Below are positions 19,304 to 29,558 of a stretch of 64,000 nt of DNA, in pieces (the stretch's first letter is position 1; each line of letters starts with the position of its first letter). A program made the position numbers and the translations under genes. The notes beneath the pieces were generated by a model that was not told the DNA's origin, searched no databases, and was given only the letters and a program-made list of their open reading frames with translations. This DNA comes from Rickettsia typhi. GTDB lineage: Bacteria > Pseudomonadota > Alphaproteobacteria > Rickettsiales > UBA1997. The stretch spans positions 2,721 through 66,720 of the forward strand of contig CAMAWV010000001.1 of NCBI GenBank assembly GCA_945862075.1, written 5' to 3'.

Positions 19304-22300
19304 TCATACCAAGCTTAAATATTGTTTACTGAGTTTTTCTAGCACTGAATTTTGTTTACATCGATGATGAAGTTGGGTAAAATCAAAAGTATCGAGGTTT
19401 TGATCTTGGCTAGCGCAAGCAAAAAAATATTCTGCTCCATTTTTAGTATATTTTTTTTGTAAACACTGCCCACACACTCCTTTTAACATACATTGCATCG
19501 GAGAATTTAAACTCACTACCGCTGTTTGCGCTTGTTTTAATGAATCAAGATTTTTACGTAATTTTGCAACTTCATCCATCAAGTAATTGTTGCCAACTGT
19601 TAAAATATGATTGATTTTTAGATTGTTTTGCTGACTAAAATAATTTATTACCAAATCAAGCGAACTTCCGCAAAAAAACTTACTGGGTTGCTTGGTGGCA
19701 ATAAAAAGCTGATGGCAAGATTTTTGCATTTTAGTATAATTAGCAATATCGGCCTCACTTTCGTAACCTGCAAAAAACCATACTTTGCAACCATTATTTT
19801 GAAATAATTTAGCCAATGCAGTAAGCGGTTGATTGCCCCTGCCTCCGCCAATTAATAGTACATTTTGATTTTTGACAATACTAGTAGGTTCGCCACTTGG
19901 CCCCATAAAAACACAACGATCGTTAGGCTGAAAATTAGCAATGAGGCTAGTTGAACCGCCAGTTTCTAGCACCATACCTGTAATAATTTTGGTTTTTTTG
20001 TTAATATTTATAGCAGTTACGGCTACTCCTTCCATTAGTTCGTTTTTAGTAAAAGCTTTATAATTTTGTAGGCGAAAAATATGGCCTGGTTTAGTTTTTT
20101 GACATAATAAAGGTGCATAAACTTTAATTTGCACCACACTTTTTGATAATCTTTTTACCGAGTGTATTTTGGTAAAAAAATCATTTTGATAATTTTTTTT
20201 AGCAGATTTTACTAACTGTTGTTGCAATAACCAATCAATTTGAGCATAACCATATTTGGCGCTTGCCATGGCTTTTACTACACTTCCCGAAAATTGCGGA
20301 TGTAAATCGCCAAAAAAACTAATAGCTTGATAATTTTTATAATTTATATAGTTTAAAAAATTGGGCTGATTAACAAAAATTTGCTTCATTTTTGGCGGTA
20401 AATTGGCAAAAGTAAAGTTTTTTTGATGATAAAATAATTGTTTATCATCAAGAGCGGGCGAAATATTAGCAGAAGTGCCAGTAGCAAAAATAAGAGCTTG
20501 GCAAGGAATTATTTTGGCATCATTTAACATCACAGAACACACTGCCCCGAATTCGTTGGTAATAATTTGTGTTATCTCTTGTTTTTCAATAATGTTTATG
20601 CCCTGATTAATTGCTTGCTGCACTTCTAAATCGTTTAGTTTGTAAGCAGGAGATTTGTTAATTTCTTGTCGATAAATAATAGTTACCTCAACATTTAATT
20701 GCTGTTTGGCAAGCAAACTAGCATCTTGCATAAATTGAGTAGCTATTTTTTTTTCTTCGACATCAAGTGTAGCAAAAAACTGTTCTTGATTCATTTGTTG
20801 TAGTTTTTTAGCAAATCTCTGCACCTGCACTTGATAATATATTTTTGCTTCACAGGCCACATCAATAGCAGTAAGACCACCGCCAACCACCACAATTGGT
20901 TGTTGCAGTTGTAAATTGCTAAAAATATTATCTTGATAAGCTCCTAAATTAAGTGCCATCAAAAAATCAGAGGCAAGACGCACACCTTTAGCAAAATTAT
21001 TAGGCAAATCTAAAAAATTAGGCTTTCCTGCACCAAAACACATGGCGATATGAGAAAAACCATAAAGCTGAAAAGCTATTTTACTTGTGATAGAAGAGCC
21101 AAATCTAATACCAGAATACAAATAAAAATTTTGTCTTCGAGAAAGTAAAATATAAATAATATCGAGAAAATTTTTATTCCACCGAGAAGTTATCCCATAT
21201 TCGGCAACACCTCCAAAACCATTTATTGAGCGAGTTTTTAAATTTTGTGTTTCAAAATATTTAATGGCCGAAAAGCTAGTTTTATTACCAGCAAAATCAA
21301 TGCCACTTAAATTACCAGGAAGTGGCTCAATTTTTAGACCATCAATTGCCACCACCTCATGACCACAATTAAGCAGGTAATGAGCCAAAGTATAACCAGC
21401 AGGACCCATTCCGCACACTAAAACTTTTTTATTAGTAAAGCTTAAAGGAATAGGAAATTGCTTGTTTAAAGGCGAAAAACGAGTGAGTAAAGAATAAATT
21501 TCAAAACCATAAGGCAAGGCCAAAACTTCTTGCAAGATGGCGGTTTCTATTTGCGGAATATCCACAGGCTCTTGTTTTTGAAAAATGCAAGCTTTACTGC
21601 AATCATTGCAAATTCTATGCCCAGTGCCTGCCAACAGAGGATTATCAAGCGTTGCCATCACTAAACTAGCAATACTTAGGCCTTTACTTTTTAGATAATT
21701 CATCTCCGATATTTTTTGCCCAAGCGGACAACCGTTTAAAGAAACTCCCAGCTCATTTTGTTTGATTTGATGGCTATTTGGTAAAGTTAAGCCAACTCGG
21801 CAAGAATCTTTCTTTTGCTTGTGACAATGCAGGCAATAATTGGCTTCGGCCATAATTTTTGCCGAGCTAGCAAAGTTACTACATAAACTAAAATCTTGTC
21901 TTGGTTTAGTGTTAAACAAACTGAAATCTAATAAATTTTGCTGATCTAATTTTTTTGGCAAAATAAACAAAGCTCCTTGTTGATGTTTTTCTTGCCCTTC
22001 ATTACTAAAAAAAGCCCATAAACAATAATTTTGCAAAGCTTCGCTAAAATTATTGTTAATAATTTTGTTGGCCAAAGCAAGCTCAATAGCAATAATGTTT
22101 TCATCAGGTATTTGCAGTTCTTGTAGGCATTTTTCTGCAAAATTTTTGGTAAAATTATTAACATATTGCAAATTAAAATTTTTAGCCAAGTTTCGCTGAA
22201 TATAAATTAATCTGGCCTGATAAATTAAGTTTAAAGCCAAGTTTTGATTTTGCAGATCTTGGTTTTGCTTGACTAAACAAAAAAGATCAACTAAAAATTC

Positions 22301-22480
22301 TTGAGTAGCAATTGCTAGTTCAATTAAAATTTCAGAGCTAAAATGTTGATTATTTTGGTAAATTTGGCTTAAATTTGGGTGATTTTTGGCTAAAAAATCT
22401 AGAAAACAGCTATAAACTTTTTTTAATCCTGTTGGTTGATATAAATCAAAAAAATCTAGACAATAAACAGGATTAAGCAT
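19304..22480 (-). CDS. Large multidomain oxidoreductase: GltD-like Fe-S/FAD-NAD(P) module fused to a PyrK-like ferredoxin-reductase module
   Basis: Cys clusters CLHCHKQKKDSC, GCPLG and CNDCSKAC. Dinucleotide fold KKVLVCGMGPAGYTLAH and a second fold VVVGGGLTAIDVA. The C-terminal region has VLLIGGGRGNQPL and a 2Fe-2S-type motif CMLKGVCGQC. 1058 aa. Confidence 0.72.
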   Translation of the reverse strand: MLNPVYCLDFFDLYQPTGLKKVYSCFLDFLAKNHPNLSQIYQNNQHFSSEILIELAIATQEFLVDLFCLVKQNQDLQNQNLALNLIYQARLIYIQRNLAKNFNLQYVNNFTKNFAEKCLQELQIPDENIIAIELALANKIINNNFSEALQNYCLWAFFSNEGQEKHQQGALFILPKKLDQQNLLDFSLFNTKPRQDFSLCSNFASSAKIMAEANYCLHCHKQKKDSCRVGLTLPNSHQIKQNELGVSLNGCPLGQKISEMNYLKSKGLSIASLVMATLDNPLLAGTGHRICNDCSKACIFQKQEPVDIPQIETAILQEVLALPYGFEIYSLLTRFSPLNKQFPIPLSFTNKKVLVCGMGPAGYTLAHYLLNCGHEVVAIDGLKIEPLPGNLSGIDFAGNKTSFSAIKYFETQNLKTRSINGFGGVAEYGITSRWNKNFLDIIYILLSRRQNFYLYSGIRFGSSITSKIAFQLYGFSHIAMCFGAGKPNFLDLPNNFAKGVRLASDFLMALNLGAYQDNIFSNLQLQQPIVVVGGGLTAIDVACEAKIYYQVQVQRFAKKLQQMNQEQFFATLDVEEKKIATQFMQDASLLAKQQLNVEVTIIYRQEINKSPAYKLNDLEVQQAINQGINIIEKQEITQIITNEFGAVCSVMLNDAKIIPCQALIFATGTSANISPALDDKQLFYHQKNFTFANLPPKMKQIFVNQPNFLNYINYKNYQAISFFGDLHPQFSGSVVKAMASAKYGYAQIDWLLQQQLVKSAKKNYQNDFFTKIHSVKRLSKSVVQIKVYAPLLCQKTKPGHIFRLQNYKAFTKNELMEGVAVTAININKKTKIITGMVLETGGSTSLIANFQPNDRCVFMGPSGEPTSIVKNQNVLLIGGGRGNQPLTALAKLFQNNGCKVWFFAGYESEADIANYTKMQKSCHQLFIATKQPSKFFCGSSLDLVINYFSQQNNLKINHILTVGNNYLMDEVAKLRKNLDSLKQAQTAVVSLNSPMQCMLKGVCGQCLQKKYTKNGAEYFFACASQDQNLDTFDFTQLHHRCKQNSVLEKLSKQYLSLV

Positions 22481-22485
22481 ATAAT

Positions 22486-23982
22486 TTAACTAATAGCATT
22501 AAGCACAATTTGTTCTTCGTCAAAAGGCAAAGATTCGTTGCCAATAATTTGATATTTTTCATGACCTTTTCCTGCTAAAATTAAAATATCATGGGGCAAA
22601 AGCATAGAAATTGCCTGCAAAATGGCAGTTTTACGATTGGCTATTTCGATGGTTTTAACTAAATTACAACCTTGCAAAATTTGTTGACGAATCTGGCTAG
22701 CATTTTCAAGCCTTGGATTATCATCGGTTACAATGATTAAATCGGCTAAATTACAACAAATTTCGCCCATTAATTTTCGTTTTGCAGAATCACGATTACC
22801 TCCGCACCCAAACAACACTATAAGCCGATGATGAGGAATTTTTTTTGCCGAAGAAAGTATGTTAAATAAACCATCTGGAGAGTGAGCGAAATCAATAAAA
22901 ATTTTTGCTTGATTAGATGTGGTGGCAACCAATTGCATTCTGCCTTGCGGAGCTTGAATTGTAAATAAATTATTAGCAATAAGCTGCATTTGCTCTGATG
23001 AAATATTATGTAGTTTTGATACAGCAAGCAGAGCACACAAAAAATTATAAGCCTGAAAATCACCTTGTGGTGAAAAACTTGCTAAATATTGATTTTGTTG
23101 ATATTGCCAAGCTATTTTACCATTTTCAAAACTTAATAATTGCAAATCGGCAAAATTTTTACTATAAGCACTAATTTTTAAATTGTTATTTTCGCATATT
23201 TGTTTAATTTGCTGATATTCTACAATATCGGCATTTAATACTGCAAAACTAGTAGGTTTTAATAATTGCGAAAACAATAGCATTTTGCTGTGAAAATAAT
23301 TTTGCATATCACCATGATAATCGAGATGATCTTGACTAAAATTAGTAAAACAACCCACAGAAAAAGGTAAATTGCCAAGGCGATTTTGTTGTAAACCAAT
23401 AGAGCTAGTTTCTATTGCCACATCATCAATTTGATGCTTTTTTAATAGAGCCAAATTATGATACAACGAGGCTAAATCTGGAGTGGTAAGATTAGTTGTT
23501 AAAAAATCGTCAGCAAAATTGTGAGAAAAGTTAGTTTGAATACCTATAGTACCAATTGATGCCGATTTTTTCTGCAATAAACCTAAAATTTGACAAATAT
23601 AATTTACTACCGAAGTTTTACCATTAGTGCCAGTAACTGCATACAAATTTTTAGGCAAACTACAATAAAATTTTGGCAACAAGCAAGCAAGCAACATTTT
23701 AGAATCACCTACTACAACGGTAATAGAATATTTTTTTAGTAAATGATGATAATTATAGTTTGATTTTTCGTCGATTATCAAAACTTGTGCACCTTTCATA
23801 ATGGCTTGTTCGCTAAAATTTGCTCCATCAAATTTTACCCCTAAAAGGCCTACAAAAACACTATTACTTACAGCGAAATTAGCATTACTTACAATAGCAG
23901 AAATTGTGCTATGATGATAGTTATCGCTAGAAAAAATTTGATAGTTAATATTTAAATTAGCCAGCAATTGCTGTAGTTTCAT
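22486..23982 (-). CDS. murE: UDP-N-acetylmuramoyl-L-alanyl-D-glutamate--2,6-diaminopimelate ligase
   Basis: AVTGTNGKTS P-loop, the Mur ligase central domain and the DAP-specific VTDDNPR motif. 498 aa. Confidence 0.92.
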   Translation of the reverse strand: MKLQQLLANLNINYQIFSSDNYHHSTISAIVSNANFAVSNSVFVGLLGVKFDGANFSEQAIMKGAQVLIIDEKSNYNYHHLLKKYSITVVVGDSKMLLACLLPKFYCSLPKNLYAVTGTNGKTSVVNYICQILGLLQKKSASIGTIGIQTNFSHNFADDFLTTNLTTPDLASLYHNLALLKKHQIDDVAIETSSIGLQQNRLGNLPFSVGCFTNFSQDHLDYHGDMQNYFHSKMLLFSQLLKPTSFAVLNADIVEYQQIKQICENNNLKISAYSKNFADLQLLSFENGKIAWQYQQNQYLASFSPQGDFQAYNFLCALLAVSKLHNISSEQMQLIANNLFTIQAPQGRMQLVATTSNQAKIFIDFAHSPDGLFNILSSAKKIPHHRLIVLFGCGGNRDSAKRKLMGEICCNLADLIIVTDDNPRLENASQIRQQILQGCNLVKTIEIANRKTAILQAISMLLPHDILILAGKGHEKYQIIGNESLPFDEEQIVLNAIS

Positions 23983-24658
23983 AGATTATTTTATTGATGT
24001 TTTTTACCGCTAAAATAGGGTCATGGTGAGCGGTAATTGGCCTACCAATCACCAAATGTGAAGAGCCGTTTTGAATAGCAAGCTCTACTGTTGCTACTCT
24101 TTTTTGATCGGCGGTTTCTTGGCAAGCAGGCCTAATTCCAGGAGTAATGATGGCAAAATCGTTGCCGAAATTAGCCCTTAAAATTTGAGTTTCAAGAGCA
24201 GAAGCCACCACTCCATCTAGATTGCATTGCAAGGCTAACTTGGTTTTTTGGCAAACTAAATTTGGCAAGCTAATATTGGCATCAAAGCCCATTTCAAGTA
24301 AATTTTGCTGATTTAAACTAGTAAGCACAGTTACTGCAATAATTTTGATATGCTTTTTATGTTGGTTGGCAGCAAGCATCATTTCGTGGTTAGCGGCATG
24401 AATAGTAAGAAGTTCGATGTTATAAGAAGCAAGATTTGCCACTGCTTTACCTACTGTTTGCGGAATATCATAAAGCTTTAAGTCGGCGAAAATTTTTTTT
24501 TGCTTTTTTTCTAGAGCAGCAAGCAAAGTAAAATAGTTTCCTGTCATCATGAGTTCGAGCCCAATTTTATAAAAATCTACCGATGATCCAAGTTTATCAA
24601 CTAAATTTAAAGCTAAATCAACATTAGAAAAATCGAGAGCCACTACTAATTTTGCCAT
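23957..24658 (-). CDS. pyrF: Orotidine 5'-phosphate decarboxylase
   Basis: LVVALDF, FYKIGLEL, ADLKLYDIPQTV and LVIGRPI. 233 aa. Confidence 0.9.
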   Translation of the reverse strand: MAKLVVALDFSNVDLALNLVDKLGSSVDFYKIGLELMMTGNYFTLLAALEKKQKKIFADLKLYDIPQTVGKAVANLASYNIELLTIHAANHEMMLAANQHKKHIKIIAVTVLTSLNQQNLLEMGFDANISLPNLVCQKTKLALQCNLDGVVASALETQILRANFGNDFAIITPGIRPACQETADQKRVATVELAIQNGSSHLVIGRPITAHHDPILAVKNINKIIYETTAIAG

Positions 24659-24659
24659 A

Positions 24660-25235
24660 TTATTTTTCTGTTTTGTTAATTAAACGTAAAATATTTTGCC
24701 AGTGCTTTACTACAATAATAATTGCTAAAGCAAGCCAAATTAAATGTTGCCAAAAAGCAAAGCCAAACAAACCAGCGAATAAACCTATACATAAACAAGA
24801 AAAAATTCCAGCAATCGAAGATATTTTAAAAATCATATAAATACTAAGCCATAAAAATAAGCCAGCCAAACCTAAAAAAGGCTGTAAAGCCACAGTGCAG
24901 GCTAAAAAAGTAGCAACTCCCTTGCCCCCTTGAAATTTTAGATAAATAGAGAATATATGCCCCAAAACCGCCATACTAGCAATTGCAACAAGATTAATAA
25001 AATCAAGGTGCCAATAGTGTTTGGCAAGCAAAATTATTATCACTCCTTTAAAGGCATCGAGCAAAAAAGTTGCGATGCCGAGTTTTTTACCTAAAACCCT
25101 ATTAACATTAGTTGCTCCAATATTTTTTGAACCAAAATTTCGTATATCGGTTGAGGCAAAAATTTTTGCCAAAAGCAATCCAAAAGGCACACTGCCTAAT
25201 AAATAACCAATAATGAGCAAACTAACAAATAACAT
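24660..25235 (-). CDS. plsY: Glycerol-3-phosphate acyltransferase PlsY
   Basis: GYLLGSVPFG, GSKNIGATNV and GGKGVATF in a polytopic 191-aa protein. Confidence 0.9.
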   Translation of the reverse strand: MLFVSLLIIGYLLGSVPFGLLLAKIFASTDIRNFGSKNIGATNVNRVLGKKLGIATFLLDAFKGVIIILLAKHYWHLDFINLVAIASMAVLGHIFSIYLKFQGGKGVATFLACTVALQPFLGLAGLFLWLSIYMIFKISSIAGIFSCLCIGLFAGLFGFAFWQHLIWLALAIIIVVKHWQNILRLINKTEK

Positions 25236-25237
25236 AA

Positions 25238-25720
25238 TTAAGATTTTTTAGGTTTATTGCGAAAATCAGAAAAAGAAATGACATTTGCAGAATCAGAAAT
25301 AGCCGAATGTTCTGGTTGTTGATTGTTAAAAACTGGCTGAGAAAAATTTTCGACCTCATCTTCGTTATATTCGACATTAAATTTTAAAGAGAAATTCATA
25401 GAAGGATCAGAAAAAGAAGAGATTGCCTTGTATGGAATAACCAAAGTTTCTGGCTTGCCACCAAAAAATAAAACTATGCGAAAGTTTTCCAATTCAACCA
25501 GCATTGATTTAAATTGAAATTGAATAGCAATAGTCATTTCTTTTGGGTATTGTTCAAGCAAACGAGGAGAAATTTTAACTCCTGGAAATTTTGTAAGAAA
25601 ACCAAGTAAAAAGTAGTGTTTACCAGGTAAGCCATTATTGGCAACTTTTTTTAACACTTCATAAATTACCAAGCGCATTGAATTTTCTACAATTTCGTCG
25701 TAACCGATAAGATCTTCCAT
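25238..25720 (-). CDS. sspB: ClpXP adaptor SspB (alphaproteobacterial type)
   Basis: LIGYDEIVENSMRLVIYEVLKKVANNGLPGKHYFLLGF...EQYPKEMTIAIQFQF closely parallels alpha-type SspB. The C-terminal tail looks disordered. Confidence 0.8.
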   Translation of the reverse strand: MEDLIGYDEIVENSMRLVIYEVLKKVANNGLPGKHYFLLGFLTKFPGVKISPRLLEQYPKEMTIAIQFQFKSMLVELENFRIVLFFGGKPETLVIPYKAISSFSDPSMNFSLKFNVEYNEDEVENFSQPVFNNQQPEHSAISDSANVISFSDFRNKPKKS

Positions 25721-25734
25721 AAAATAAATAAAAA

Positions 25735-26832
25735 TTAATTAGCAAAACGGAAATGAAAAACATCACCATCTTGCACCACATATTCTTTGCCTTCAAGCCT
25801 TAATTTACCAGCAGTTTTGCAACCTTCCTCGCCCTCAAATTTTATATAATCAAGATAAGAAATAGTTTCGGCTCTAATAAATCCTTTTTCAAAATCGGTA
25901 TGAATAACCCCAGCAGCCTTTGGAGCCGTGAGCCCTTTTTGCAACACCCAACTATGACATTCTTTTGGCCCTACGGTAAAAAATGAAATCAGGTTTAATA
26001 AAGTAAAGCCAGTTTTAATAATTTGTGACAAGCCAGTTTGGTTAAGCCCTGCCGCTTTTAAATATTCGAGTTTTTCAGATAAACTATCAAGCGAAGCAAC
26101 TTCGGCTTCAATTTGGGCAGAAATATTTAAACAAACATAATTATTTTTCTGACAATAATCTAAAACATTTTGCGAGTGCTTATTACCAGACACTTCGTGC
26201 TCGGCTAAATTACAGACAAAAAGTTGCGGTTTAGCAGTGATAAGTTGTAAATTTTTAAGTATTTTTTGCTCATCAGCATCAATTGTAGCAAAAGAACTAA
26301 CTGGTTTACCTTCTGCTAAAATCAAAATTATCTTTTTTATTAAAGCAACTTGTAGTAATAGATCTTTGTCGGTTTTAGCTTTTTTTTCGAGGGCAGGAAG
26401 ACGTTTTTCGAGGCTTTCAAGATCGGCAATAGCAAGCTCGAGCTGAATTAACTCAATATCGCGCACAGGATTTATTGAGTTTTCAACATGTACAATGTTA
26501 TTATCTTCGAAACATCGCACCACATTAATAATAGCATCAACTTCACGTATATGAGATAAAAATTGATTGCCTAAACCCTCGCCTTTGCTAGCTCCTTTTA
26601 CTAAACCAGCAATATCAACAAATTCTATTTGTGAAGCAATAATTTCGGCAGAACCTGCAATTTTTGCTAACTGCTCCAAGCGAGTATCTGGCACATTTAC
26701 TTTACCTACATTAGGCTCAATGGTGCAGAATGGGTAATTTGCCGCTTCGGCAGAAATAGTTTGAGTAAGCGCATTAAATAAAGTTGATTTACCAACATTT
26801 GGCAATCCGACGATACCACATTTTAAAGACAT
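25735..26832 (-). CDS. ychF: Redox-regulated ribosome-binding ATPase YchF
   Basis: GIVGLPNVGKSTLFNALT, the central coiled-coil insert and the C-terminal TGS-like domain (GFIRAE...). 365 aa. Confidence 0.95.
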   Translation of the reverse strand: MSLKCGIVGLPNVGKSTLFNALTQTISAEAANYPFCTIEPNVGKVNVPDTRLEQLAKIAGSAEIIASQIEFVDIAGLVKGASKGEGLGNQFLSHIREVDAIINVVRCFEDNNIVHVENSINPVRDIELIQLELAIADLESLEKRLPALEKKAKTDKDLLLQVALIKKIILILAEGKPVSSFATIDADEQKILKNLQLITAKPQLFVCNLAEHEVSGNKHSQNVLDYCQKNNYVCLNISAQIEAEVASLDSLSEKLEYLKAAGLNQTGLSQIIKTGFTLLNLISFFTVGPKECHSWVLQKGLTAPKAAGVIHTDFEKGFIRAETISYLDYIKFEGEEGCKTAGKLRLEGKEYVVQDGDVFHFRFAN

Positions 26833-26914
26833 ATAAATAATTTTGATTTGAAAATAAATAATTAGTTTACTAAACTTATCTTAACTTTTCAATCAAAAAA
26901 TTCTTAATATTACT

Positions 26915-28000
26915 ATGGTTTGTCAAATATTTTCTTTAGTTTTCGTTTTAATAATATTAGGAAGTTGTTTTTTAAATAAAAAAGCCACAATTAAACATAA
27001 TAATTTTACATTAAAAGAGCTACATTTTTCACAACTAAATAACTGGCAACAAGATAATCATCTAGAAGCTTTGCAGGCTTTTTTAAATTCTTGCGATAAA
27101 ATGGCAAAACTCCAGCAAAATAAGCCAATAAACGGCTCTATTTTACACATCACCCCCGCTGATTATTCTGATGTTTGTCAAATAGCTCAAGTAGTTAGCA
27201 CCTTAAATAACCAACAAGCCAAAAACTTTTTTGAAAACTGGTTTAGAGTTTTTAAAATTGAGGGCAAGCAGGAAAATAAGCTTTTTACTGGCTACTATGA
27301 AGCAACTTTATTTGGTAGCTATAAAAAAAATCATCGCTACAAATACCCTGTTTATGGTTTACCAAGTAATAGTTGGTTTGATTTTTCTACCACCAGAGAA
27401 CAAATTAATAACGGAGCATTGGCAAATAAAAAACTCGAATTACTTTATGTTGATAATGCAGTTGATTTATTTTTTACTCATATTCAAGGATCGGCTACGG
27501 TAATTTTGCCAAATCATAAAAAAATCAAACTTGTTTATGCTGGTAAAAATCAGCAAAAATTTGTGGCAATCGGTAATTATTTATTAAAAAATGGTATCTT
27601 AAATTTTGAAAACATTAGCCCCATAGCTATTAAAAAATGGCTTAAACAAAACCCAGAAAAACAACAAGAGATATTTAACTTAAATCCTTCTTACATTTTT
27701 TTTACTACATCTAATGCGAAACACACTATTGGCTCTTTTAATGCTCCGCTTACCGCCGAAAGATCGCTTGCTATTGACAACGAATTAATCACTTATGGCA
27801 GTTTGTTATGGGTAGAAATTGAAAAACAAAATTTTTATAAATTAATGACAGCACAAGATACTGGCTCCGATATCAAAGGCTTAGGCAGAGGAGATATATT
27901 TTTTGGCAGTGGCTTGCAAGCCGAAGAAAAGGCATCAAAAATGTATGGCAATGGCGAATATTATTTACTAATACCGAGTAATATCATTTCTACTTTATAA
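26915..28000 (+). CDS. mltA: Murein transglycosylase A
   Basis: Signal or anchor sequence, FTGYYE, HIQGSA and the C-terminal 3D-domain pattern DTGSDIKG..RGDIFFG. 361 aa. Confidence 0.85.
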   Translation: MVCQIFSLVFVLIILGSCFLNKKATIKHNNFTLKELHFSQLNNWQQDNHLEALQAFLNSCDKMAKLQQNKPINGSILHITPADYSDVCQIAQVVSTLNNQQAKNFFENWFRVFKIEGKQENKLFTGYYEATLFGSYKKNHRYKYPVYGLPSNSWFDFSTTREQINNGALANKKLELLYVDNAVDLFFTHIQGSATVILPNHKKIKLVYAGKNQQKFVAIGNYLLKNGILNFENISPIAIKKWLKQNPEKQQEIFNLNPSYIFFTTSNAKHTIGSFNAPLTAERSLAIDNELITYGSLLWVEIEKQNFYKLMTAQDTGSDIKGLGRGDIFFGSGLQAEEKASKMYGNGEYYLLIPSNIISTL

Positions 28001-28011
28001 ATAAAAGTTAT

Positions 28012-28869
28012 ATGCCTAGATCACAAAAAATTATTATTATTTCTGGGCCAACCGCTTCTGGCAAATCGGCTTATGCAATAAAATTAGCCAAACAATTTAA
28101 TGGAGCAGTAATTAATGCCGATGCTTTACAAATTTATGATAGTTTACCAATTTTATCTGCCCAGCCTAATTCAGAAGAGCAACAAGGAGTTTTGCATTAT
28201 CTTTATGGTAGCCTAAACTATACACAACAATGTTCGGTAGCAATTTGGCTAAAACTAGCAAAAGAAAGTATTGCAACTTGTTTTTTACAAAATCTAACAC
28301 CAATAGTTGTTGGTGGCACTGGCATGTATTTATCGGCTTTGCTTGATGGTCTTAATTTTATTCCTGAAATCGACAAAATATTTATCTTGCAAGCAGAAAA
28401 TTTATATCAACAAATCGGACAGCAAAAATTTGCTAATCAATTTGGAAACAATAAAATTGTTGATAAGCAAAAACTTATTCGCTATGCTTCGGTTTATTTA
28501 CAAACCAATAAAACTATTGATTTTTGGCATCAACAAGAAAAAATAAAAATATTTCCCCATGCCACATTTGAACATTATACTATGAAATTACCCAGACAAC
28601 AACTCTATGAAAATTGTAATTTACGCTTTTTACAAATGTTAAAAAACGGAGCAATACTAGAAGTAGAAAAATTACAAGAACAAATTAATGGCAATATTTA
28701 CAACATAACAAAAACCATTGGTTTTACAGAAATTTCACAATATTTAGCAGGAAAACTTGATTTACAATCGGCCATTAACTTAGCAAGCCAAAAAACTCGA
28801 AACTATGCTAAAAGACAACTCACCTGGATAAACAATCGCTTTTCATCAGCAAATGAAATTAGAATTTGA
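28012..28869 (+). CDS. miaA: tRNA dimethylallyltransferase
   Basis: IIIISGPTASGKSAYAI P-loop, NADALQIY, VGGTGMY and RNYAKRQLTW. 285 aa. Confidence 0.9.
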   Translation: MPRSQKIIIISGPTASGKSAYAIKLAKQFNGAVINADALQIYDSLPILSAQPNSEEQQGVLHYLYGSLNYTQQCSVAIWLKLAKESIATCFLQNLTPIVVGGTGMYLSALLDGLNFIPEIDKIFILQAENLYQQIGQQKFANQFGNNKIVDKQKLIRYASVYLQTNKTIDFWHQQEKIKIFPHATFEHYTMKLPRQQLYENCNLRFLQMLKNGAILEVEKLQEQINGNIYNITKTIGFTEISQYLAGKLDLQSAINLASQKTRNYAKRQLTWINNRFSSANEIRI

Positions 28870-28909
28870 ACTATTTCTTGCGGTATTTAAAAGTAAAAAA
28901 GATGTTATA

Positions 28910-29542
28910 TTATAAAAAATTCCATAAAATATCTAAAAAAGATAAAATCAAGGCAAAACTTAATGGCACTATCAAGTTATCATCGAGTTTTAATAAATCA
29001 GACCTAGCCTCTAGAGTTGTAGCAAAAATCACTGCGATTAGTGAATAAACATAAAAACTCCAACTTTTATATTGAAAATACCAACCATAAACAGCAACCA
29101 AAAGCGCTGCTAAACAAAAAAAAGTAATTGAACCAGCCAAAGTTTTTTGATAAAAAGGTCGGCTTTTAATTAATTTACCAATAATAGATGCAAAACCATC
29201 GGCAATTGCCAAAATAAACAAAGACATTATTGCCACAACTGGCTTTGCTAAAGCAAAAACCACACTTGCTGAAAGAAAAGTATAGCTTAAACCAGATAAT
29301 TTTGGTTGATTTTTCTCATGGTCTCGCATGATTTTACCAAAAATAACCAAAAATAAGCTATTTAAAATATTATTTTTATGTCTAAAAAAATCAGCAAGCA
29401 CAATTATAAAAGTTGCCACAAACAAAGAGATAAAAAAGATTTTTTTATTTTTTACTATTACATAGCTTATCGGCAATAATATTAAACAAAAATGAAAAAC
29501 TTTACGATATATTTCAAACTTAAATTTCAATATCTGTTGCAT
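28910..29542 (-). CDS. Polytopic membrane protein, diacylglycerol/polyprenol (dolichol/phytol) kinase-like family
   Basis: 210-aa protein with 6-7 predicted TM helices. It has the N-terminal RKVFH motif, AIADGFASIIG and GSITFF, which are typical of the CTP-dependent polyprenol kinase / CdsA-like superfamily. Confidence 0.45.
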   Translation of the reverse strand: MQQILKFKFEIYRKVFHFCLILLPISYVIVKNKKIFFISLFVATFIIVLADFFRHKNNILNSLFLVIFGKIMRDHEKNQPKLSGLSYTFLSASVVFALAKPVVAIMSLFILAIADGFASIIGKLIKSRPFYQKTLAGSITFFCLAALLVAVYGWYFQYKSWSFYVYSLIAVIFATTLEARSDLLKLDDNLIVPLSFALILSFLDILWNFL

Positions 29543-29558
29543 AAAAAAAATCTCAAAA

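Noticed and set aside
28866-29048. 60-aa plus-strand ORF following miaA, and other short ORFs nested antisense in confident genes (for example 663-872, 10227-10505, 47015-47443, 30054-30263).
   Set aside because: They overlap longer ORFs with clear family motifs on the opposite strand or in another frame. Their lysine/isoleucine-rich composition is typical of spurious ORFs in AT-rich DNA.
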